Part shown: in pieces, positions 28,693 through 36,559 of the stretch
Layout of the letters: each line of letters opens with the position of its first letter
Numbering within the stretch: the stretch's first letter is position 1
IMG/VR virus record: IMGVR_UViG_3300047325_000072
Span: 1 to 64,000 of that record
DNA: 64,000 nucleotides
Source of the DNA: a virus
Direction: 5' to 3' (one strand)
Made by a program: the position numbers and the translations under genes
The notes under the pieces: generated by a model
The model's database searches: none
What the model was told of the DNA's origin: nothing
The model's input: only the letters and a program-made list of their open reading frames with translations

Positions 28693-29128
28693 GATACGAC
28701 CTTTTAAGATAACCTCGCCGGAGTATGACTTAACCCGCGTGACTGAAGGTGAACGTCTGCTGCTTTGGCGTTATCGCCAGCGGCGCAAAGCCGAGGGCAC
28801 TATGGGGCGCAACGGGAATGCACCGGGGCAAGCCGAGGCGGCCGCGGCGCTAGGGGTATCTCCGGGCGCTTACGTTAATTTGGAAAGCGATCGGGATGCG
28901 GTGCTCTCTGCCGGAGAGGCCGCGCGCATAAGCGCGGCGATTGCAACAGTGCGCCCAACCGTAGCGGAGTTGTGTCTGCTAGCTCGACGGCGCTCCGGCC
29001 GCCCCCTGGCCGAGTTAGAGGACGAGGTAGGCATAAGCCGCCCGACCTGGCACGCCCGAGAGCGTTGCGGCGATCTGGTCTCCTATTGGGAAGAGAGCGG
29101 TTTTAAATTTCCTGCTTTAGACCAATGA
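28679..29128 (+). CDS. tandem Xre-type HTH protein
   Basis: QAEAAAALGVS..Y..LE and ARRRSG..LAEL..VGISR.T..E. Confidence 0.65.
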   Translation: MSGAKIRPFKITSPEYDLTRVTEGERLLLWRYRQRRKAEGTMGRNGNAPGQAEAAAALGVSPGAYVNLESDRDAVLSAGEAARISAAIATVRPTVAELCLLARRRSGRPLAELEDEVGISRPTWHARERCGDLVSYWEESGFKFPALDQ

Positions 29129-29276
29129 CAATCCTATACGAAGATGGCGACTAATTACGTAGTCGTGTTGGCTGAAATTGATCGTCGTAAGAGAAATGAG
29201 ATTTAATAACACCGACATCCCCGGAATAAGCGGTATCAGTTGAAGATCACAGGTTGTTGCTGCGGGCACACGCGGG

Positions 29277-29525
29277 GTGAACCGTTACATGGTCGCTTAT
29301 AAAAAGCATCAAGATGCGGCGCATGAAGCGATGCAGCAATTTAAGGTGCTTTGTGATTATCCGGTTGCGCGGGTACCCGGCATGGATACCGTAATCCGGC
29401 TCGCGTGGCGCATTGAGTGCGGACGATCCATCCAAGATGCTGCCTTGCTGGAATACCTCTATCGCATGAACCTCGCCATCGATCGGTGGCGCACCTTCGG
29501 TTCGCCATCGCTGCTAGGACAATGA
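29277..29525 (+). CDS. hypothetical protein
   Basis: ORF track only. Confidence 0.45.
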   Translation: MNRYMVAYKKHQDAAHEAMQQFKVLCDYPVARVPGMDTVIRLAWRIECGRSIQDAALLEYLYRMNLAIDRWRTFGSPSLLGQ

Positions 29526-29538
29526 GCTAAAATAGGGC

Positions 29539-29567
29539 TTTACTTTGGCCGCTAAAGCATCTATAAC
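29539..29567 (+). promoter_or_regulatory. sigma70-like promoter P6
   Basis: TTTACT-N17-TATAAC with AAAATAGGGC upstream; leader CTACCGAAACGAGGAGA. Confidence 0.75.
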
Positions 29568-29595
29568 GCTTCCTACCGAAACGAGGAGAGCGCAG

Positions 29596-31221
29596 ATGCT
29601 AACAAACAAGTTTGCGGGGACTTGCCTGTCGGCAGGACCGGCAATCGCCGAATATACGCTATTAAGCGGCCATCCAGCCTCGCCATATCAAGCCGCGATT
29701 TTCGACCACTTTCGCAATGGCCGCGGGTCGGTCATCGTCGAGGCGGTCGCCGGCTCCGGTAAGACGACAACCATAAAGAACGCGCTACGTTATCTGCCAG
29801 AGCGGCTATCGGTCCAAATGTTCGCGTTCAACACCGAGGCCGCGAAGCAGCTTAGGGATGCGGTCGCGGAGCTTATCGCGTTCAACGAGAAAAGCTACCG
29901 CGGCGTGCGGGCCGGCACCTTTCACTCCGTAGGCTTCGGCGCGATTGCGCGTCATCTGAATCTTACCTCCCAGCAACTTATGGAGCGCTCGGACCGCGAC
30001 GGCAAGTGTCGGAAGCTTTTACGGCTCGTCCTCGGAGAGGACGAGTACAAAATGTACGGCTCCTTCGTGCTCAAGCTCGTCGGGCATGCCAAGCAAAACG
30101 GCTTGGGCGCGCTTGTGCCGGACCTGGAGGAGCGTTGGTGGGAGATCGTTGAGCATCACGGCATGTACTTGGACGCGGAGGATGCGGACCCAGGCGAGGC
30201 GATCGCGATCGCGCGCGATTTGCTGCGCCGCAGCAACGAGGCCGCGAAAACAGGTGTGATCGACGGCGACGATATGGTCTATCTGCCTCTGCTTTGGAAG
30301 CTGCGGCTTTGGCAAAACGACGTTGTAATCATGGATGAGGCTCAGGACGCAGCACCGGGCTTTATTGCTTTCGCGCGGTTGGCGCTGCGCCCCGGTGGGC
30401 GGCTTTACGCGGTAGGGGATCGCAAGCAATCGATCAACGCTTTTGCCGGGGCATTGCCGGACGCGATGGACGTTATTAAGCGAGAGTTCCGTGCTCGCGA
30501 ACTCGCGTTATCGGTGTGTTACCGCTGCGCCAGTTCTATCGTCGAACGTGCCCAGACCTGGGTTCCGCACATCCGCCCGACGCCCGGCGCGGCTGAGGGT
30601 GTTGTTGAGGACGATATCCCGCTACACGCCGCGATTTCATCTCTTACGGGCGACGACGCTATCCTGTGCCGCAATACCGCGCCGCTGGTCGAGATCGCTT
30701 ATGGGCTGATCGCCCGCGGGCGCCCCTGCCGCATTCTAGGTCGGGAAATCGGCGAGGGACTCGTCAGCCTTATAGAGCAGATGAAGGCCCGCGGTGTAGA
30801 CCGCCTTGTCGAAAAACTTGAGGCGTTCCGGGAGCGCGAAAGTGCTCGTTTCACGGCGAAGGGTGAAGAGCAGCGAGCCGAGGCTGTTGCGGACCGAGTC
30901 AACTGCGTTTTGACAATCGCGGCCCGGCTGCCGGAAACTGCCCGCACGGTACCCGTGCTTATCGAGCGTATCCGGGCGATGTTTTCGGACCGGCAGGAGG
31001 CCGGCCTTTTGACGCTTGCAACCGCGCACAAATCCAAGGGCCGGGAGTGGCCGCAAGTCGCGATCCTGCGGCCCGAGCTCATGCCCAGCCGGGCGGCGCG
31101 TCAGGAGTGGGCTGAGGCTCAAGAGTATAATTTGATGTACGTCGCCGCCACCCGCGCCAAACAGCGGCTAGTTTACTGCGCCGCTGAGGATATGCAGATT
31201 GATAAGGAGGTAAGCCGATGA
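29596..31221 (+). CDS. UvrD/Rep-like superfamily 1 helicase
   Basis: AVAGSGKTT, TFHS, DEAQD, VGDRKQSI..F.GA, YRC, H.SKG.EW, YVA.TRA. Confidence 0.9.
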   Translation: MLTNKFAGTCLSAGPAIAEYTLLSGHPASPYQAAIFDHFRNGRGSVIVEAVAGSGKTTTIKNALRYLPERLSVQMFAFNTEAAKQLRDAVAELIAFNEKSYRGVRAGTFHSVGFGAIARHLNLTSQQLMERSDRDGKCRKLLRLVLGEDEYKMYGSFVLKLVGHAKQNGLGALVPDLEERWWEIVEHHGMYLDAEDADPGEAIAIARDLLRRSNEAAKTGVIDGDDMVYLPLLWKLRLWQNDVVIMDEAQDAAPGFIAFARLALRPGGRLYAVGDRKQSINAFAGALPDAMDVIKREFRARELALSVCYRCASSIVERAQTWVPHIRPTPGAAEGVVEDDIPLHAAISSLTGDDAILCRNTAPLVEIAYGLIARGRPCRILGREIGEGLVSLIEQMKARGVDRLVEKLEAFRERESARFTAKGEEQRAEAVADRVNCVLTIAARLPETARTVPVLIERIRAMFSDRQEAGLLTLATAHKSKGREWPQVAILRPELMPSRAARQEWAEAQEYNLMYVAATRAKQRLVYCAAEDMQIDKEVSR

Positions 31222-31421
31222 AAATGCACAAATCGATCACGCTTGAGCGTGTTGTAGAGGCGATCGGACGCCGTGACACAAGTCTGGATGATCCCGGCTT
31301 TTGTATCGCTTGCGGCGAGGAAGCGTCCGGATGCGAACCGGACGCTTGCGGTTATATCTGCAAAATCTGCGATGAACCCAAGGTTTACGGAGCCGAGGAA
31401 CTTTTCATAAGGATGATTTAG
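31218..31421 (+). CDS. small Zn-ribbon phage protein
   Basis: GFCIACG..EPDA..C..C..VYGAEEL; AGGAGG RBS. Confidence 0.75.
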   Translation: MKMHKSITLERVVEAIGRRDTSLDDPGFCIACGEEASGCEPDACGYICKICDEPKVYGAEELFIRMI

Positions 31422-31610
31422 GTGATCTTCGACGCCAAAAGAAATGACGATGTTTACTCCCAGATAGACAGCCTCGCGGAGCAACCGCCGCCGGTGCGAG
31501 AGGAGTTAATTGGTCCTGAGTTTTCGTTTGGGATCGCCTTTTTAACTACGATCGGTCTTTGGGCCGCGGCGCTGGCGACTGTGCTCTGGCTGCAATGGCT
31601 TTTGGATTGA
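31422..31610 (+). CDS. small protein with C-terminal TM
   Basis: Hydrophobic C-terminus. Confidence 0.45.
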   Translation: MIFDAKRNDDVYSQIDSLAEQPPPVREELIGPEFSFGIAFLTTIGLWAAALATVLWLQWLLD

Positions 31611-31621
31611 GGAGAAACCCC

Positions 31622-31871
31622 ATGAGGAAACGTAAGCTTCTATTTGCTGCTGCATTTTTAGCAGGGATAACCCTATGTGCAATCGCCAACCATTCAAACG
31701 GGGCCGGCGACCGATCCTCTGACAAAATTGCCTGCCGATCAATGGGTTACGCTTGCTAAGCATCTTGTTAATGGAAATTCGGTAATCGGAAAATCCTGGG
31801 TTTTTATGGTTAATGCAACCGGGGAGGAGCTTATTGCGGTAAACTGTGAGGGGGAGGTTGCCGTCCTATGA
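31622..31871 (+). pseudogene. probable frameshifted exported protein
   Basis: Signal-peptide-like MRKRKLLFAAAFLAGIT after GAGGAG. A protein-like continuation (QSPTIQTGPATDP..) lies in another frame from ~31677. Confidence 0.4.
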
Positions 31872-31997
31872 GGAAACCATGGGGTTAGCCGCGAAATTTC
31901 TCCGGTCAGGAGACGAAGCCGATTTCTATTTCAGCACGGACGCGGGTGCGCCGGAATTCTGGGAGCACGTATCTGTCGTGACCGGAGCAAGTAAGCG

Positions 31998-32471
31998 ATG
32001 TGGCAAACCCACGCTACCCACCCCGCACCCCGTGACAGGCTTATCGAAGTCACTAACGGTTATGCGTGGCACGCTATGGATGGTGTTCTAAAATATGATT
32101 GCGAACACGTTCGTAGCTGGCATCTACGCGGGATGATCATACTCGCTATCTTCAATCCAGACCCTGGGCCAGGCTGGAAACCTTGCTTTGTCGCTGCTGA
32201 AGATCGCAGACCAATTCCACCTTTTCAATTCTGGCGCGAAGCCGTCAACCCATTACTGTCACTGCCGCCCGACCCAACACTCTCCGTTGAGATGCTTCAA
32301 AACCAACCTCCCGGCGGGGCGCTCCACACATCGACCCCGTTTACCCCGGACGAAATACTCGCTCGACTTTCAGTAGTAAAGTCTCTCGGCGGCTTGGCTG
32401 CGCGCACCGAAGCGCGCCGTTTGGAAGCCAGGCTCGCCGAACTAATCGCGTCTGCGAAAGGCGGCGCGTGA
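31998..32471 (+). CDS. hypothetical protein
   Basis: ORF track; GGAG upstream. Confidence 0.5.
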   Translation: MWQTHATHPAPRDRLIEVTNGYAWHAMDGVLKYDCEHVRSWHLRGMIILAIFNPDPGPGWKPCFVAAEDRRPIPPFQFWREAVNPLLSLPPDPTLSVEMLQNQPPGGALHTSTPFTPDEILARLSVVKSLGGLAARTEARRLEARLAELIASAKGGA

Positions 32472-32686
32472 TGGCTGACGGTACAAACCTCGAATGGGCG
32501 GATGCGCTCTTTGACGATGTCTCGGATATCGACGCGACGATCGCGACCTGGAAGGGCGGCGGTCTCGACCCCGGCGAGGCATGGCTGGCGGTGGCCCGCC
32601 AATACCGCCGCGATGTCGGTTGGCCCGAAGTTCGCGGCTTCATACTCGGCTGGCTCGGCAACCAGCCGCCGCGTAAAAGGAGATAA
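32468..32686 (+). CDS. hypothetical protein
   Basis: GTGA overlap. Confidence 0.5.
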   Translation: MMADGTNLEWADALFDDVSDIDATIATWKGGGLDPGEAWLAVARQYRRDVGWPEVRGFILGWLGNQPPRKRR

Positions 32687-32778
32687 AACACGATGAACTA
32701 TCATGAAGCTTTCGCCCTCCAAAGCGCCATGAATAACGTGGCGACATTGGCCTATAATCTCGACTCGCGGAAATTGGC

Positions 32779-33126
32779 ATGAAAACCGTTGTTGATTGGG
32801 GCAGCAAGCCGGAGCCGTGGCGCTCGATCGGCCCCGAGTTCAAGGCCGAGGTCGAGGCGATCGCATCGACGGAAGAGTGGGTTCCTGCACTGCGTCGGAG
32901 GATTGCAGCCGCTGGTCTAACCCTGAGCCAAGCTGCGGAAATTGCCGGCATAAGCCAGCCCAGCCTATCTCAGCTGCCCGAGCGAAAGGTGCCCCCGCGC
33001 TGGGACATGCGCCGCGCCGGCACTGCCAATGACGGCCGCCACACGGTCTATGTTATTACCGAAGCCGGCAAACTCGCTCTTTCAAAGGTGCACGAGTATT
33101 TCGAGGAACAAGGGAAAATCCGATGA
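32779..33126 (+). CDS. HTH protein, apparently an Xre/winged-helix chimera
   Basis: LTLSQAAEIAGISQPSLSQL followed by DGRHTVYVITEAGK. Confidence 0.5.
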   Translation: MKTVVDWGSKPEPWRSIGPEFKAEVEAIASTEEWVPALRRRIAAAGLTLSQAAEIAGISQPSLSQLPERKVPPRWDMRRAGTANDGRHTVYVITEAGKLALSKVHEYFEEQGKIR

Positions 33127-34025
33127 AAAACTACCTGCTTACCACTGTTGGCGTGCTTGCGCTTCTGATGCCTCTTGAAATGAAAGCTGAATCAAGAGGC
33201 GGCGGTCCGGAGGTCTCTAAACCGATCATCCGGCTTTGCACCGGCCCTGACGGAGGCAACTACCAGCTTGCCGCCCAGGAAGTGACGAAATGGCTGCGGG
33301 ACCGACTCGACGTACGCCTTGTCGAGACGAAAGGCTCCGTCGAAAACCTGGATCGGCTAGGCGCCAAAGAGTGCGATGTGGCCCCGGTGCAGGATGACGC
33401 TTTCCGGGTTTACAAGGTCAAGTATGCGCGCAGCGCGGGCGATCTGGAGCGGGCCGGGCCGTTATATCGCGAGTATGCCCACCTTGTTTGCAACCGCGCA
33501 TCGGGGGTTAGCCGCGTTACCGACCTAATGAGCAAGAGCCACGGCGTCGCTATCGGCCCCAACGGCTCCGGCTCCTCGGTCACTTGGGATAGCTGGGTTT
33601 TGGCGGACAAAAGATATGCGGAGGCGCCCACCTTTCCGCTTGCAGGGCAGCGGGCTTTGGAAAAGGTCCGGCTGGGCACCGAGGTACAGTGCATGATCTT
33701 TACCGCTGCCCTGAACTCTTCCTTTGTGCGGGGCTTCGTCAACGCGGCTGGCGCAGAGGTCCACCTAGTGCGGGCTAACGACGGCGATTTCGATAATGCC
33801 AAGGACGAAAAGGGCAAGCCGATCTATCAATATGTCGATATTCCCGGCGGCACCTATCCCAAGATACAAGACGGCGCATTCAGTTCGTCGGTCCGCACCG
33901 TTGCCGTGCAAGCCGTTTGGGTTGCGCGCACCGAGTGGATCGAGGCCAATGAGCGCCCCTACAACTGGTTTCTGGAGGCGAAAACGCGGGCCGAGCCAGC
34001 CATTCGCAAGATTGTTGATCAATGA
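33123..34025 (+). CDS. TAXI-family TRAP transporter solute-binding protein
   Basis: Signal peptide; TG..GGNY, T.GSVENL, Q.DA, LY.E..HLV, VAIG..GSGS. Confidence 0.8.
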   Translation: MKNYLLTTVGVLALLMPLEMKAESRGGGPEVSKPIIRLCTGPDGGNYQLAAQEVTKWLRDRLDVRLVETKGSVENLDRLGAKECDVAPVQDDAFRVYKVKYARSAGDLERAGPLYREYAHLVCNRASGVSRVTDLMSKSHGVAIGPNGSGSSVTWDSWVLADKRYAEAPTFPLAGQRALEKVRLGTEVQCMIFTAALNSSFVRGFVNAAGAEVHLVRANDGDFDNAKDEKGKPIYQYVDIPGGTYPKIQDGAFSSSVRTVAVQAVWVARTEWIEANERPYNWFLEAKTRAEPAIRKIVDQ

Positions 34026-34300
34026 GCCGTCTTTACGCTTACCTGGGAAGGTGGCGGCGAGGCTCAACCTTCCTGCTGCTGGTATCGTTAGTGGGCTTCG
34101 CGGTGCTTATGCACCCGAGCCTTACCGGATTTTTGCTTATCGTGGCAAATGGAGGGTTTTTATTCGTCATCCGAGAGGTTGCGCGGGCGGAGGGCGCGGC
34201 CGGCTTTACGGGTCCGTGGACGTTGCTCATCGCGCTCGGGGTTATCGTCGCATGCGGCTTTGCAGTTATGTCTATCCCTTGGGTCGGGGTTTACCGATGA
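34022..34300 (+). CDS. small multi-TM membrane protein
   Basis: Three hydrophobic segments; ATGA overlap. Confidence 0.55.
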   Translation: MSRLYAYLGRWRRGSTFLLLVSLVGFAVLMHPSLTGFLLIVANGGFLFVIREVARAEGAAGFTGPWTLLIALGVIVACGFAVMSIPWVGVYR

Positions 34301-34714
34301 TTCGACGATATTTGTTTGCGCTGTACCGGCTGCAAATTGGTTAAGACGCCGCGGATCGGGCAGCTGGCCCCCGGTCGCGAAACGCACCGCGAGGGGATCG
34401 CCCGCAACGGGCAATCTTTGCGCGTTGCCCAACATGAACGAAGCTGGCAGTTGACGCTCAAAGGCGTATCGGGCGTGATCCATGCTTCCCGGAGTGATTG
34501 TACCCGGAGAACGGGACGATGATGGTTGGCTTCACGCCGACGTGATGTTTCGTGACGGCATGGCCGGATCGTCGCACAAGAGGCGAGGCTGATCCAAAAT
34601 GAGGTTGCGCCACGCCCAGACCCGGTAGCACTCGCGAAATCGAATCAATGACTTAACACCGCATAGCCCTTTGATCTCAACACCCGGCTCGCCGGGACAA
34701 AAGCGAGAGGCTGC

Positions 34715-35479
34715 TCAAAAACCAATAACCCAAAAGTCAGAGGCTAGATCGGCGCGCAACACGTACTCAAAGGGCATTAGAAAATATCCCTTCAAACCCC
34801 AACCGGCTCCCCAGGAGTTCCGTATCAGAAAATTGCGCTCAGCAAGGTCATATCCGACGATAAGGACCGCGTGGCCGCCCAGAGGGGCATCGCCGGGCGC
34901 CGGTAGCGGAACGCGGCCTGTGCGCGCGACTTCCGGAGAGTCGAAAGCAGGGTAGACTGTAAAGCCAAAAATCACCGGGTCGCCAGCAGCAAGCGCGCCG
35001 CATATTTGTTGGGTTGCTTGCTGAACCGCGGAGTAGGTTATAACTCGGTCGCGCACCGCTGCCGTGTAGCAAGCCGGCGCGGGCTTCACGCTCCAGCTTT
35101 TGGGGTCGTAGGGCCAGCCGTCGGGGCCGTCCTCGTAGCAAGCGCCCACTGAGGCCGCAAACTTTATGCCGTCCCGGAGATAGCCGCCTGCGTCGCTTGA
35201 AACGGTGCCCTCCATCTCGCGCTCGCCATAATAGATCATGAGCCGAGAGGGCACGCGATCAGAGTCCGACAAATTGTGCCGCATCCTCTCATATTGCAGC
35301 GCCCCGGCAATCGCATTGCCGGTGCAAGAGCCGATGTAGCCTTGATCGTAGATCGGCGGCATTACTTTTCGCAGATCTACTAACGAGGGCAGCGCGGCCT
35401 GCATAGCGCGAGGCGCGGCATAAGCCTGGTCGCGATGATCCGGGAGTTGCGGGCGCCAGCCCAGGCCGCGTGTTGTCAC
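34715..35479 (-). CDS. papain-like C1A cysteine peptidase
   Basis: DQG.IGSCTGNA (Gln/Cys), GGHAV (His), RNSWG (Asn). Confidence 0.92.
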   Translation of the reverse strand: MTTRGLGWRPQLPDHRDQAYAAPRAMQAALPSLVDLRKVMPPIYDQGYIGSCTGNAIAGALQYERMRHNLSDSDRVPSRLMIYYGEREMEGTVSSDAGGYLRDGIKFAASVGACYEDGPDGWPYDPKSWSVKPAPACYTAAVRDRVITYSAVQQATQQICGALAAGDPVIFGFTVYPAFDSPEVARTGRVPLPAPGDAPLGGHAVLIVGYDLAERNFLIRNSWGAGWGLKGYFLMPFEYVLRADLASDFWVIGF

Positions 35480-35971
35480 CTAAATCTTTCCCGCGATAAC
35501 ATCGAGCAGGATGACCCGAGCTACGTCCGGGGGCATCCCCGACGCGGCGGCAGGGATAAGGATGCCGACCGCCGCCTCGATAACCGGCAACAGAGCCGAC
35601 GCGGCCTCTAGTGCTAGAGAGACGCCCGAGGGGAGAATCCCGGTAGAGGAGGCTAATGCCCCGACCGCGGCATTCACAACCCCCTCTAGGAGCTTGACGG
35701 TCGGCTGCGCCGCATTAGCCGACGCGGCCGACACGATTTGCGCTGCCAGCGTAGCCGCCTGCGCCGCATAGTTGCTGTACCTTTCGATAGTTGCTGCCGA
35801 TAGGCCGGCGAATGAGCCGAGCGTTCCGACGAGGGAAGTCAACGCTTGGGCTAAGAGTTGCGAATCCTGTGCATACTGCGGCAATACTTGCGGAAGCGGT
35901 GTTGAGCAAGCCGCAAGAGCGCCTGCAATAGCTGATGACATCAACAATTGACGCCGCGAAAGGACATTCAT
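35480..35971 (-). CDS. Ala-rich lipoprotein with twin-arginine signal
   Basis: SRRQLL...LAAC lipobox. Confidence 0.65.
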   Translation of the reverse strand: MNVLSRRQLLMSSAIAGALAACSTPLPQVLPQYAQDSQLLAQALTSLVGTLGSFAGLSAATIERYSNYAAQAATLAAQIVSAASANAAQPTVKLLEGVVNAAVGALASSTGILPSGVSLALEAASALLPVIEAAVGILIPAAASGMPPDVARVILLDVIAGKI

Positions 35972-35975
35972 GGCT

Positions 35976-36245
35976 TCAAGCTACCTTCAAGGGGCGCCCG
36001 GCATTGGCCGAAGCGACGGAGTTGGCGTGATCAGCATGGGCGGCCTGAAACTTTTGGTAAAAGGATAGGATCACGGAGCCTAAGACCGAAAGTCCTCCGG
36101 CCACACCCCAAAGGACGCTAGCATCGGAAAGCGCCGAAACCGAAACGCCAAAAGTCCCGAGGATGGTTAGAAGGGCGCGTAGAGCCGTGTAAACAAGGGT
36201 TTGGATTGAAACGTCCGGCGTGGACGGCACGGGTAGATCGGGCAT
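35976..36245 (-). CDS. putative holin (2 TM)
   Basis: R..LT..G first TM, second TM and a charged tail; lies next to the lipoprotein. Confidence 0.55.
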   Translation of the reverse strand: MPDLPVPSTPDVSIQTLVYTALRALLTILGTFGVSVSALSDASVLWGVAGGLSVLGSVILSFYQKFQAAHADHANSVASANAGRPLKVA

Positions 36246-36548
36246 TTATGGTTTCTCCTCCGGCGCCGGCAGGAAACATCCCGGCTTGTCCCCGCATTTC
36301 ACGGCGTAGTCCTCCAGGTCCTTCACGCGCTTTTCACGCTCGGCGAGGCGGGCGTTCTTCATCTGCACGTCCTGCAACAGCGCTGACAGCTTTGCCATCA
36401 ACGTATCGCGCGTGCTCGAATGCGCCTCCCAGGCGGCCCCCACGTCGTCGGCCGGGCTGCGCTGCGGGGGCTGCTGTGCGTGCGCAGCACTTGCCGCGCC
36501 GAACAACGCCAGCCCTGCAAAGATGTATCTCCAACGCGTCTCGTTCAT
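36246..36548 (-). CDS. small exported coiled-coil protein
   Basis: Signal peptide ending AHA; heptad region; AGGG RBS. Confidence 0.55.
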   Translation of the reverse strand: MNETRWRYIFAGLALFGAASAAHAQQPPQRSPADDVGAAWEAHSSTRDTLMAKLSALLQDVQMKNARLAEREKRVKDLEDYAVKCGDKPGCFLPAPEEKP

Positions 36549-36559
36549 CTTCCCCTCTC

